The notes under the pieces are model-generated. The model did not search any database. It was given only the letters and a program-made list of their open reading frames with translations, and had not been told where the DNA came from. A stretch of 37,698 nt of DNA, taken from assembly GCF_006345805.1 (NCBI RefSeq), contig NW_021835938.1:1-37698 (forward strand). Direction: 5' to 3'. Source of the DNA: Octopus sinensis (lineage: Eukaryota). The translations under genes and the position numbers were made by a program. Below are positions 1 through 11,814 of this stretch, piece by piece; position 1 is the first letter of the stretch, and every line of letters begins with the position of its first letter.

Positions 1-63
1 TTGCGGGGCCCCCGACTAGTAACTTGTAGAATGAACACCATCATGGATACGATATATATATAT

Positions 64-416
64 CGGGCCCAACCAAAGCCTTGTGAGTGGATTTGGTTGA
101 CGGAAACTGAAAGAAGCCCGTCGTATGTATGTATGTATGTATGTATGTTTGTATGTATGTATGTATGTATCTCTCTAGCATATATATATATATGTGTTTG
201 TGTGTCTTTGTGTTTGTGCCCTCCACCGCTTGACAACCTGTAATGGTTTGTTTACGTCCCTGTCACCTAGCGATTTGTCTTAAGAGACCGATAGAAATGT
301 ACCAGACTTTACAACTAAGGTCTGGGATCGACATGTTCGATATGTTTGACTAAACCCTTCAAAGCGGTGGTCCTATTATGATGGTTGCAGTCCAATGATT
401 GAAAGAAGTCAAAGAT
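64..416 (+). mobile_element. tRNA-derived SINE family A, 5'-truncated, diverged copy
   Basis: Aligns by eye to the full copies at 8209-8620 and 9802-10212 (ccttgtgagtggatttgg..gacggaaactgaaagaagcc, internal microsatellite, gcttgacaacc, gaccgataga, 3' gcagtccaatgattgaaa). Confidence 0.85.
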
Positions 417-654
417 TAATTTTGTTATTTGAGAAATTTGATCTTTTTATTAACTACTGACAGAAAAGTTTATGAATACATTATAACGCCCACCACAACC
501 ACCACTACCTCCAAGCGCTCCAATTGACAGTTGCAAATGATACTAATTAGAAAAATACTTCATTTAAATAATTATGTAAATTAGAAATGTATTTGGGGGA
601 AATATTATTTCCAGAATATATGACTCGGCTAATCGTCAACGTCATGTCTCTGTA

Positions 655-1128
655 TAAGTTAAGTTTAAGTTAAGTTAATTTTTTGGCTCAAAAAGCAAAA
701 AGCAAGGCCATGTAGGGGGACATGGAGTTATGTACATGGAGGGTGTTCATGCAAAGAGTTCAGGCCATTTCTGGGCAAGAGAGACTTTGAACCGAGCGGT
801 CGTCGGCATCTTCACTATCTCGTCCGGCAGCTTGTTCCACGGATCCACAACCCGGACGGAGAAAGCTCCTCTCCGACTGAGATGAAATCGTCGCGGATAG
901 AGCTTTTCGGAGTGATCCCGCAGCCGACGCTCTGGAGCAGGAGTGAAGAACAGCTCTTTCGAGAGGTTACACTTTCCGTTTATGATGTTGTGAGCAAGAA
1001 TGAGATCACCACGGCTTCGTCGTTTTTCTAGAGAATAAAGGTCGAGCGTCTTCAGCCCTTCTTCATAAGACAAATGCTTAAGACCTAGAACCATACGGGT
1101 AGCCAGCTTCTGGACTCTTTCGAGATAA
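655..1128 (-). mobile_element. 5'-truncated CR1/L2-clade LINE: ORF2 C-terminus, 3'UTR and (TAACT)n-like tail
   Basis: Minus-strand peptide LERVQKLATRMVLGLKHLSYEEGLKTLDLYSLEKRRSRGDLI..FSVRVVDPWNKLP is typical of the post-RT C-terminus of CR1/L2 ORF2. Stop at 747-749, short 3'UTR, tandem tail at 655-678. Confidence 0.9.
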
Positions 1129-1170
1129 TAAGAAGGTAATGAGCACAAATGTGATATTTGGCAATGTACA

Positions 1171-1380
1171 GGAGGGAAGGCAACGTTATCACACCAGGCA
1201 AAATGCTCAGCAATATTTCGTCCATCTTCTAAGTCCAAATTCCGACGAGATTGACTTTGCCTTTCTTTCATCCTTTCAGTGTCGGTAAAATAAATACCAA
1301 CTGATCACTGGCATCGATGTAATCGACTTAACCGCTCTGCTGTAATTGCTGGCCTTGTGCCAAAATTTGAAATCAATATT
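1171..1380 (+). mobile_element. SINE family C copy (core gactttgcctttcatcctt..taaaataaatacc)
   Basis: Similar to 1401-1615 and 24087-24196. Ends in tggccttgtgccaaaatttgaaa. Confidence 0.75.
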
Positions 1381-1400
1381 AGTTTCGGTTTTTAAGTCAT

Positions 1401-1615
1401 CGATCTGGCAGAATCGTTAGCAAGCCGGGAAAAGTGCTCAGCGGCTTTTCCTTCATCTTTACGTTCAGAGTTCAAATTCCACCGAGGTCGACTTTACGTC
1501 TTATCCCGCCAGGGTTGATAAAATGCGTACCAGTTAATCACTGCGGTCTATGTAATCGACGTAGCGCCTCCCTTGAAATTTTTGGCCTTGTGTGCCAAAA
1601 TTTGAAACCAATATG
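1401..1615 (+). mobile_element. SINE family C copy
   Basis: Head ctggcagaatcgttagc, B-box-like gagttcaaattcc, core gaggtcgacttt, tail ggccttgtgtgccaaaatttgaaacc. Confidence 0.8.
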
Positions 1616-1819
1616 TTGTGAAGAGGCAGACAGACAAACAGGCCTTCATGACATTGCAAGACCAGAAAACAATATCAGAACTCTTTTCCTGTACAGGGTA
1701 CATTAAAGTTCAGTTTCCAAGGTATTATTTGATTCGGTTACATAGGTTTCATAAATTTTTCTGTCAGTAGTTAATAAAGAGATCAAATTTCTCAAATAAC
1801 AAAATTAATCTTTTACTTG

Positions 1820-1955
1820 CCAGGGTCGATCTTACCTTTCATACTTTCGGGATCAATAAGATAAAATATCGGTCAAATTCTAGGGTCAATGGGATCGACT
1901 AACCCTATTCTTGAAAAATTGCTGATCTTGGGCCCAAATCGGAAATCATTATTAT
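1820..1955 (+). mobile_element. SINE family C, 3' half, diverged
   Basis: gggtcgatcttacctttcatactttcggg..gatcgactaaccc..cttgggcccaaatcggaaatc aligns with the family C core and tail. Confidence 0.6.
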
Positions 1956-2761
1956 TTATGTACTTTTTATAGTCCTCGCTTCTTTTCCTCGCACTGCTAT
2001 CTTTTTCCTCTTTCTTTTTCACGTTTTCTTCTTTTTCTCATTTCTCATTTTCTCTCTCATTTCCAATTTTTCTGTTCCCTTTTCCCTTTCATTTCTTTTT
2101 TTTATACTTATGCCTTTAACGTCTCTCTATTCTCTCTCTCCCTCTCCTTCACTGTCTCTCACTCTTAGCCACTTCTCGTCTCTCTATCAATTAAACTTTC
2201 AATGCTTCTCTTATTTTTACTCCCTCAGTCAACTCCTCTCCCTCAGACATTCACACCCTTAATCGTTCTCTTAGACCTCATTCCTTCAATAAGATAGCAT
2301 CTACCAGCTGGCTTATGTTCTACCACGTTCACCCCCCCACAGGCGGCTGCCTTTACTTTTGACTGTCCATATCTCCCCTTATCTTTACTGACGGATTACT
2401 ACTGCAACAACTGTGCAACTTTCCTTCTCACACACTTTTACACATGCGCACACATGCAGGCACAATTAAACACACTACACGCATGTTATACACATTTAAC
2501 ACACACACGAACACATACGCATACACATACACATACGTACACTTGTTGTTTACTTTGTTGTTTTTAACATTCTGTCCTGATTGTAATGAAGATTATCTTG
2601 ATGATGATGATGGTGATGATCATCATCATCAACATCATGAAGAGGAGGAGGATAGGGAGGAGGAGGAAGAGGAGGGGGAGGACCGTTTGTAATAATTCAA
2701 AGCCGATAACAGTGGTTTACTTTTCTTGTTCTTCAATTTCTCAATAATAATAAAAATTAAA

Positions 2762-2818
<57 letters not shown>

Positions 2819-3415
2819 CGATGCCCTGATGCAGTACGAAATGCCCCGATGCAGTACAAATGCCCCGATGCAGTACCAGGCAGTGACTCTCATGGCTTCT
2901 GATCTTAACCGATTGGAAGTGTTATCATGTACATTGTTTTGTCTTGGTATAAAAGATGGGCTACAGCAAATATTCTGCTCAGTACCACAGATTTGCTTGT
3001 CGATTGTTTGGCCTTAACCATTTGAGCATGTCCCTTGGTGGCTGACGATATAGGGGTCTCTGATCACGAGCAGAAGTAGTGGGTGAGCATCATAGCCATG
3101 TGTTGAGAGGAATTCTTGGAGGTTTGGATAAGTCACCTTTGGATCCATGGGGGCTTTGTTTAATATCCTTACACAACCCTTATTCAAGGATCTTTTGAGC
3201 GAGATGGGCTACTCAACCTGAAGAAAATTCTAACTGGCCCCACCTGCAAGGTCATGCGCTGTTTATCTGATATGAGATCACCATGTTGCGCACATAAGGT
3301 TGTGATGCATGTGCCTGGTGTACCTCTTATCAGACGGATTGTCATGATGGGTATATTGTACTTCGTATATTTCTACCTCAGTGTTACTTTGATGGCATGC
3401 ATTGCTCTCTCATTC
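2819..3415 (+). mobile_element. ~600 bp non-coding interspersed element embedded in (AAT)n
   Basis: Flanked on both sides by (AAT)n. Starts with three 19-20 bp repeats of atgccc(c/t)gatgcagtac. A diverged partial copy lies at ~23467-23620. Confidence 0.65.
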
Positions 3416-3461
<46 letters not shown>

Positions 3462-3516
3462 TCAAGAAGAAGAAGAGCAACAACAACAACAACTATAATA
3501 ATAATAAGCTTTACTA

Positions 3517-3632
3517 CTAAAGGTACAGAGCCTGAAATTTTGTTTTCGGAGGGGGGCTAGTCGATTACATCAATCCCAATGTTTCACTGGTACTTAATTT
3601 ATCGATTCCGAAAGAATGAAATGCAAAGTTAA
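3517..3632 (-). mobile_element. SINE family C, 3' half
   Basis: Reverse complement of the family C core and tail (agtcgattacatcaatccc..ctggtacttaatttatcgattccgaaagaatgaaatgcaaagt). Confidence 0.7.
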
Positions 3633-4409
3633 TGAGGACAGCATCTCTACCCCGCTTTCTGCCTCATCTTCATTTCAAAGTCGAACTTGCAAAAATCGAT
3701 GAAGTCTTGACCGAAAATGAAGTGTCTGTCTTTAGTCATTTCAGTCTTGTTCATCACTCAACCGATTTTGCCCATAGCAACCTAAAAGAAACTCTCTGCA
3801 TTCCATGCTCTAAGGAAATCGGCGTGGTGATCTTCGAGATAGACTCACCTACACGTCATAGCGGGTGTTCGAAATATCTTCAGAAACAATGCATCAGAAG
3901 AGACCGACTGCATGAAAACGGATCCGTTTCTCTGCGCACATCTGGGGCCGGTGCGGCTAACGGCAATACTATTATTCGAATCAACAATAATTTCCCCCAT
4001 ACCCAGTAGCACTGACGAGTTAGGAATTTCAGGAAATTATCCTTGGACCCTGGCTCGAAATCCTCCAGGAAATGCCAACCAGGTGATTTTTCATTGAGGC
4101 CCAGAGTTTCCCGAAGGACATCGTCGCTCTTACCTATCACTATTTAACCCAAGCGTCATACAATCTTCCCTTAGTTCGAATGTGTACTTTCACTATCAGT
4201 GACAATAGGATATGAGCCATCGATTATTTTCTTCGTAATCCCAAACTACTTAGAGAAGGCGTGTGGCTTTGTGGTTAGGGTGTTACACTCATGATGAGAA
4301 GTGTTATGATTTCGGTTACTTATAGGCTTTGGAAACCGGGTAATCGGCCTTATGAGTCCCAGGACTTGATACCGTAACGTCCAGACGTTGATGCCGAGGA
4401 TCATGTTGT

Positions 4410-4583
4410 TGATACGACGACGATACTGATGACGATGATGATGATGATGATGATGATGATGTTCATGATGATTAGGATGATGATGGGGAGGAGGAGGTGG
4501 AGGATGATGATGAAGATGATGATGATGGGTATAATAATGAGAAGGAGGATGAGCAGCTGGACGACGACGACGACGACGACGAC

Positions 4584-4614
<31 letters not shown>

Positions 4615-4664
4615 GGGATGATGATGGGATCGAGGAGGAACATGACGACGACGATGATGACGGC

Positions 4665-4699
<35 letters not shown>

Positions 4700-4720
4700 C
4701 GACCACGATGATGATGATCA
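4410..4720. repeat. (GAT)n/(GAC)n/(GAG)n compound trinucleotide microsatellite
   Basis: Directly visible. It produces the poly-D, poly-M and poly-I ORFs. Confidence 0.95.
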
Positions 4721-5427
4721 CCACCATACAGTCCCAGATCTTTTCAGTCATGTTTATATCTCTAGATGACGCAGTCGTGTTTGCTAACCCTCTCCGAACA
4801 TAAAAAAAGGCCCTCACACGACCATTGCGTGCACAATAAAATGATTTAAGGTCATTCGGCAAATATGTCGTAAGTTCAGTTCAGTTTCAATTACTATTGT
4901 TTATTTTAAGAACACTCTCTTCTCTCCTTTTCTCCCTCACTTTCTCTCAATCTCACTCTTTCACTCACTCGCTCTCTCTCTTTCCTTTTATCTCTCTCCC
5001 TCTCTGTCGCTCGCTCGCTCGCTCACTCTTTCTCATCTCACATGGGTGTCAGTTATAAAAACCTAAGAGTGCGGCCTTCATTTGAGATCCTGTGGTGAGA
5101 AATGAACAGATTTCTTTTTTATGAAACACAAAATAATATTGTTCCCGTTTCCTATTTTATTTTATATCTTTCAGGTAGAAAAGACCCCCTTTGGGTTTTA
5201 GTACGTTCGCAACAAGACAGTAGTAGATGGAAGGCGAAAGGTAGAATCGGAGGGTTAAATATGGTCCATAACAGGAAATATTCCACAGAGATTTAACCTC
5301 TGGTATGCACTCTACATTTATTGTACTGTGTGTCTGAGGTCACTGCGATTACTCCTTATGCGCGTACGTACACACTCACATACACACATACATACAAAGA
5401 CGTATTTATACATACATACATATACAT

Positions 5428-5501
<74 letters not shown>

Positions 5502-5589
5502 GCGTATGTGTGTGTGTGTGTATTTACTACATATATGGGAAATTCTGTGTGTGTCTAACTAATTACCTGTTATTACATAACTGACTTCA

Positions 5590-5791
5590 CAATTTGAGTA
5601 TTCATAACTTATCGGGAATTCCTAAAAACAAGATCCTGTGTAAGGGAGTTCGGTATTCTCTGTAAATGCACAAAATCCGTTTGAAGGACTACAAACTTTG
5701 TATTGTTGTTATTGGATTAGCAAAACAATCATGAGAATGAAACCAAGGGATAAGTCCCGCTTTCCCGGGAATTACCAGGTACATCAGCTAG
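5590..5791 (+). mobile_element. Probable Helitron 3' end
   Basis: GC-rich inverted sequences (gggataagtccc, ttcccgggaa) shortly before cagCTAG|T at 5788-5792, followed by (TA)n. The 5' boundary is not defined. Confidence 0.4.
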
Positions 5792-6193
5792 TATATATAT
5801 ATATATGTGTTCTCTAACCGATAAATTAACTGCAGCTAACTATTAGCTGCAGGCTAGTTTTCTCGGGTCTCATCGCGCCAAAATTAGAGACATTTGAAAT
5901 ATATATTTCAAATGTAATAGGCCGTACTCCATGCACGCGATATTTCGGTATTGTGTTGGCATTTAGTACAGCAAATTACATTTTATATGGCTGCACTTTT
6001 CCTTGCGGAAAATAACAGCCGAAACTGAATTTAGTACATGGGTAAATATTTATTTCGTATATTTTTCACTTGTTTATTGTTTTGGTTTTGTGTTGAGTTT
6101 GATCTGAGAACATAGACTTTTTGTGGAGAATGGCGATTTGACGTCTATATCTAGCATGTTGACTGTCCACTTTTTCGTGTTCAGTCCTTAATT

Positions 6194-6238
<45 letters not shown>

Positions 6239-6653
6239 GATATTAATTTAAACTACACTGCCGTATGCCCAAATTTGGCCAAATGCGTTTTTCGATATTT
6301 ATTTTCGTTTGCAATAGCCAGTTCTTTTGGTCAAACTATCGTATCTCCAGCTTCAGATGCCAAGATATCAAAAATTGTTAAGGTGTAGTAGAACGGAGTA
6401 GCATTTCTTAAAAGTGTAGTATGTCCCACATACGACAGTTTTGCAGCAATATTTCTGACTGAAAATATTATACATGCACGGAGTTACGATTTTATGCACC
6501 CAACTAAAGTATTATTGTTTGGCTAAAACCGTTACTAATGTAAAAAGAAATGGAATGGTGAAGCAATTTCTTCGTTTTCTGAGAAGCAACGTTTTGGACT
6601 TACGACACTTTTGCATAACAGCAACGTTACACACACGCACACACACACATCTA

Positions 6654-6712
<59 letters not shown>

Positions 6713-6714
6713 TA

Positions 6715-6906
6715 CCATGATAGATCGCTAGTCACTACACATTCTTTATTTTCTCTCCTTGTTTCTTTCTGTGTTCCTTTCTGTGGAAGAGCGTAGGCTC
6801 AAAACGTTAAAGACTTTTTTTCACTTCCCGAGCGTTATACTAATACATCTCTTTGTTGTCTACACCACCTGTCTTCGTCTTTTGTGGGTTTTTTATGAAT
6901 TCTCCC
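6715..6906 (+). mobile_element. Penelope-like pLTR fragment with degenerate minimal hammerhead
   Basis: Homologous to 14242-14445. Motif cttt-CTGTGGA-a-GAGC-gtag-GCTC-aAAA-CG-TT-aaag at 6777-6812. Followed by (TA)n. Confidence 0.7.
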
Positions 6907-6944
<38 letters not shown>

Positions 6945-6990
6945 ATATAATATATATATATATACATACATACATATATACATACATACA

Positions 6991-7040
<50 letters not shown>

Positions 7041-7231
7041 GTGTGTGTGTCTGTGCGTGTATGTATATATATGCACCCACACTCATGTATGAGTGTATGT
7101 TTTGTTAGGGTGTTTATCTCATATAGATTCAGGTTTATGGATTTGACGAAGAGAGAAAGAGAGAGAGAGAATAACGAGGGAGAAAGAGCAGAGATTAGTA
7201 GAAGAGAGATAAAGGGAGAGCTTAGGTACAG

Positions 7232-7420
7232 AGAGGTTTGGTCGATCAAAACCGAAAGAAGCTTGGCGTGTACGTGTGCATGTATGTATGTATTAATGTA
7301 CGTATATGTGTATTAATGTGTGTATCTATGTATCTATATGTGTGTGTGATTTTGTATTTGACTTCCGCCACCACTTGACAGCCGGTGCTGGTTTGTTTCT
7401 GTCCCGTAACTTGACAGTTG
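7232..7420 (+). mobile_element. SINE family A, internal fragment, diverged
   Basis: tttggtcgatcaaaaccgaaagaagc, then a microsatellite, then cacttgacagccggtgctggtttgtttctgtcccgtaactt. Confidence 0.6.
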
Positions 7421-7467
7421 GGCATATGAGTCCATCTGTACACATTCGCTCGCTCGCTCGTGTTTGC

Positions 7468-7514
<47 letters not shown>

Positions 7515-8208
7515 CGTGTGAAGTATATCATGCTATTCTCTAGTAACAATGTACGGATGGCGCGCTGCCTTACGCTGGTCGTGTGTACTTTGAAAACCAA
7601 ATCCGCATTTTGACATGCGTTGAATGTTATCACACTATTCAGGATAAATCGAAACTTCTTGATAAAATGGAGGTAACCGGCAGGGGGATATTCGAGAACA
7701 TTTTAATCTTCCGTCTTAAAATGTAATTTAATCTCCCTGAGGCGTTTACTAATATATGGGGAATCTTTTAAGGCTTAAGATACTAGCGATATCTATGCAG
7801 ATTATTGACGCTGCTGATACGCGCGCATCTGTAATATGTACTGCGTTCTTTTGAATTCAATGCGCATGAGATACATATTCGTGATATCATAGAATGTAAG
7901 GATTCAAGAAATCCAGGCGAATACAAGTTAGACATGGCCTGGGCCCATAGTGGCCGAAACCTATCAAAGTTATCAACGTAATACGCCAGTCAGCACTCCA
8001 TACGAAAAACCTGGCTTACGGAAAGTCAAGTGAAGAAGATGGGATTCCGTCTAGATTAAATGCACAAGCCAGGGTAAATTGTTTCAGTTATCAATGAATG
8101 CATCTTTTTAAAATTTATGCGCACAAACCAATTCTTGTAACCATTCGAAACGATTTTATTCTTGAATATCTAACATTGTCTTTACGTTTGTTACCTAAAA
8201 TACTTATA

Positions 8209-8620
8209 GGCGCAGGAGTGGCTATGTGGTAAGTAGCTTGCTAATCAACCACATGGTTCCGGGTTCAGTCCCACTGCGTGGCATCTTAGGCACGTGTCTT
8301 CTGCTATAGCCCCGGGCCGACCAATGCCTTGTGAGTGGATTTGGTAGACGGAAACTGAAAGAAGCCTGTCGTATTTATGTATATATATATATAAGTGTGT
8401 GTGTATATGTTTGTGTGTCTGTGTTTGTCCTCCCAACATCGCTTGACAACCGATGCTGGTGTGTTTACGTCCCCGTCACTTAGCGGTTCGGCAAAAAAGA
8501 CCGATAGCATAAGTACTGGGCTTAGAAAGAATAAGTCCCGGGGTCGATTTACTCGACTAAAGGCGGTGCTCCAGCATGGCCGCAGTCAAATGACTGAAAC
8601 AAGTAAAAGAGTAAAAGAGT
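8209..8620 (+). mobile_element. Full-length tRNA-derived SINE family A (~410 bp; size matches the octopus OK SINE as I recall it)
   Basis: A-box-like gtggctatgtggtaag, B-box-like ggttcagtccc, internal (TA)/(TG) tract and tandem tail (gtaaaaga)n. Near-TSD aatacttata (8199-8208) versus aatacatata (8621-8630). Confidence 0.92.
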
Positions 8621-8642
8621 AATACATATACCTAGGTATCTT

Positions 8643-8644
<2 letters not shown>

Positions 8645-8679
<35 letters not shown>

Positions 8680-8705
8680 CATCTATCTATCTATCTATCT
8701 GTCTG

Positions 8706-8742
<37 letters not shown>

Positions 8743-8767
8743 ATCTATCTATCTATCTATCTATCTA

Positions 8768-8822
<55 letters not shown>

Positions 8823-8827
8823 GTCTG

Positions 8828-8878
<51 letters not shown>

Positions 8879-8918
8879 GTCTGCCTATCTATCTCTCTAT
8901 CTACCTGTCTATCTATCT
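8645..8918. repeat. (TATC)n/(TGTC)n microsatellite
   Basis: Directly visible. Confidence 0.95.
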
Positions 8919-9201
8919 GTGTGTGTGCGTGCGCGCGCATGTGTGAGTATGTATATGATAATATACACTCACACACACAAACATGCACATATGTACATAC
9001 ATAAATATATACGTATATATAAGTACTAGGTCTGATCAATAAGCATCCGGACTATTGCCATAATAAGGAAGCTAAAGCACAGAGAGTGAAACCACTTGAA
9101 CCGGTGTACATGCGCTCTAAGTTTTAACGTCTTAGATCACTTTCGCTGTGTACAGCCGTGCTTGGAAGAAAGGTGTGAAGCGTGTGATTAGCGCACTGAC
9201 C

Positions 9202-9659
9202 ATGACAGATGAAGTTGTCATGGCCATACTTGCTCAGACGCCTATGCAATGTTGCAGAAAGTGTATGGAGAGGAGTGTATGAGCCGCACACAAGTGTACG
9301 AGTGGTTCAGACGTTTCCAAGATGGCGGAAAAAATGTCGATATTGACGAACGTTCTCGGAGAGCCGCAAACAGTAGAACTGAGAAAAAAATCACAGATGT
9401 GCCCGCTGCTGTGAGAGGAAATCGTCGAATCACCATCTGTGAGTTATCAGAGGCTGTGCAGATTAGTTACGGTTCATTTCAGTCCATTATCACTGAAGAT
9501 TTGTGTATAAGACGCGTGTCTGCCAAGTTTGTGCCAAAACTGCTTTCAGCTGACCAAAAAGACACTCGGGTTTCAGTTACACAAGATCTCCTTGATTGTG
9601 TCGAGAACGATGAAAACGTTCTGAAAACTTTGCACAGGCGTCTGAGCAGGTATCGCTAA
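9202..9659 (+). pseudogene. Truncated mariner (Tc1/mariner) transposase: HTH DNA-binding domain and linker only
   Basis: MLQKVYGEECMSRTQVYEWFRRFQDG..ELSEAVQISYGS..RVSAKFVPKLL (equivalent to the WVPHEL linker). It ends just before the expected first catalytic TGDE. The original ATG is at 9202, followed by a small deletion. The open stretch is 9249-9659. Confidence 0.88.
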
Positions 9660-9801
9660 GCTTTTGGCAAAATTTGATACAAATTTTCTACTCAACTTTC
9701 TCTGTCATGGTCAATGCGACGATCACACGCTACACGCCTCCATTCTAAGCACTGTTGTAAACAGCGGAAGTGGACTAGAACGTTAAAACTTAGTGCGTAT
9801 A

Positions 9802-10212
9802 GGCGCAGGAGTGGCTGTGTGGTAAGTAGCTTGCTAACCAACCACATGGTTCCGGGTTCAGTCCCACTGCGTGGCATCTTGGGCAAGTGTCTTCTGCTAT
9901 AGCCCCGGGCCCACCAATGCCTTGTGAGTGGATTTGGTAGACGGAAACTGAAAGAAGCCTGTCGTATATATGTATATATATATATATGTGTGTGTGTATG
10001 TGTTTGTGTGTCTGTGTTTGTCCCCCTAGCATTGCTTGACAACCGATGCTGGTGTGTTTACGTCCCCGTCACATTAGCGGTTCGGCTAAAGAGACCGATA
10101 GAATAAGTACTGGGCTTACAAAGAATAAGTCCCGGGGTCGATTTGCTCGACTAAAAGGCGATGCTCTAGCATGGCCGCAGTCAAATGACTGAAACAAGTA
10201 AAAGAGAGTAGA
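9802..10212 (+). mobile_element. Full-length SINE family A nested in the mariner right inverted repeat
   Basis: Near-identical to 8209-8620. Interrupts cttagtgcgtat|gcac with a short gtat duplication. Confidence 0.92.
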
Positions 10213-11014
10213 GTATGCACAGCAGAGTTCAAGGTCAATCTGTGCCAAGCAGCTTTACTCTGCGTGCTTTAGTGTCGTTACTATGGCAACAGTCCGGATA
10301 CATATTGATCTTGATCAGACCACGTATATAAAAATACAAAATATATGCATAAATTCATTGAATTAACAATGCAATTGATGTTCTTTAAATATGCAATCAG
10401 TTTCACAACCTTCTGTTATTAAATAGTTAAAACAAACTTACCGAAGCTGAGGGCAATGAAAATTGCAGGGGAGGTAACACATAAAAATAATAGTATGTAA
10501 AATCAATAAAGGATACAGCTAGTATGAAGCTATCCTAATTACTGTTCTATGTAGATAATCCCATCAGATGAGTTTTGTATTTCTTACTACGTATACAAAT
10601 TTTAATCACCAACATTTATCGGTAGTATTATTAACATATAGGAACAAGAGGAATACTTGATATTTCCGGAAATAATTTGTTTAATATAAGTGCAAAGATT
10701 TTTTTCCCATTCACAAGAAATGTTATTTCTAGCTATAAATATTTTTTTATCGTCAATTCATAATTTTCGTTTTTAACAAATCAAATATAGATTTCGCAGT
10801 TAAGACGTTTGCATATTTTAACTGTTGACGTTACAATTTACGGTTTGGCTCAGGTGAGAAATATTTTTAAGACTGAGTACGTCATTTAGTGTTATATCTC
10901 TTATGTTTCAAGAGTTTGTTTCTTTTTATTCACAGGCCTTTTCTCAATAACGTTAAATTTTGATGTCTAATGTTGTACACTTCTGTATTTCTTGGACAGT
11001 GTGCTGATGTGCAT

Positions 11015-11493
11015 CTGTCTTTATTTGTCACAGGGGTTTAGTACCAGATAAATACAGTGTTAGGAAAATCAGTGATAAATGAATCACCTCCACACACTTT
11101 ATAAATGGAACGAATGGTAGACTCGTGGCCCATAGTAGCGGAACTTCCTGTGCCACATATTTATTGTCTGTATTAAGGATGAGGTGCCTTCGTAATTTTT
11201 CTGTTTATTTGTTCTATATTGGTGGATGCTGGTACGTAAACTTGTATAAAAACATTTGCGGCCTCGCAGTACAGTCATGTAAACTCAATCCATAGCCAAT
11301 GTATTCTGGATAGCTAAGATTGTGGATGATCGCTGTGGCGAGCTTCTGCATCACAAACAACCAGTTTGATTGATCGCCGTCCAGCGTTATAACAGATCAA
11401 TCCGTGATATGTTGTAACATGATTCACGATTGAGCGTGCCGTGTTTATCCTGGATCAGTGACGAATGGCTCAGTGATAAACGAGGATATATGT
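11015..11493. repeat. Diverged interspersed repeat (probable DNA-transposon end), related to 31765-32235
   Basis: Shared blocks aaatcagtgataaatgaatca..actt..aatg(g/a)aacgaatggta, acagatcaatcc, ttatcc.ggat.agtga and gtgataaacgagg. Confidence 0.6.
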
Positions 11494-11814
11494 AGTATGT
11501 ACGAACCTTTCATATTTGCACAGTTGCTAAAAGAAGAAAAAAAGAATTTTACGCACCATGTCATCTTTCAGGCGAAAACTAAAATGAAATAGTGTATTAG
11601 ACTTCTCAGGAAATCAGTACACGATGCTCTACACATTATTTTTATAGAATCTAATGGGTTGGCTCAAAATGATCTACCTTAAGAGAAATGAGAACATACA
11701 AACAGCCACTACCTCAGAGTCCTCTCCAGATTATACAACAAAGAATAATAAATAAAAAATTACCTAGGGTAGAAAGAACTTCGTATGGACACCGACCGTC
11801 TATTGTTTTTTATA

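Larger units (their letters stand above)
9026..10324 (+). mobile_element. Non-autonomous mariner-derived element with long inverted repeats, TA-flanked
   Basis: TA|ctaggtctgatcaat at the left end and ttgatcagaccacg|TA at the right. The left ~235 bp is an inverted match to 9619-9800 plus 10213-10324. Contains a transposase N-terminal ORF and a nested SINE. Confidence 0.9.

Noticed and set aside
1-20. Helitron 3' end (cggggcccccg..CTAG|T)
   Set aside because: Plausible, but truncated by the window edge and too short to support.
747-1271. 174 aa ORF as a gene
   Set aside because: Chimeric. The N-terminal part is antisense SINE and flank, and only ~747-1128 is LINE ORF2.
4008-4076. Hammerhead-like ctgacga..ctcgaaa
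   Set aside because: The required U before the cleavage site is missing, stem II is out of register and stem I is only 3 bp. Likely chance.
4401-4862. Poly-D, poly-M and poly-I ORFs
   Set aside because: Translations of a (GAT)n microsatellite.
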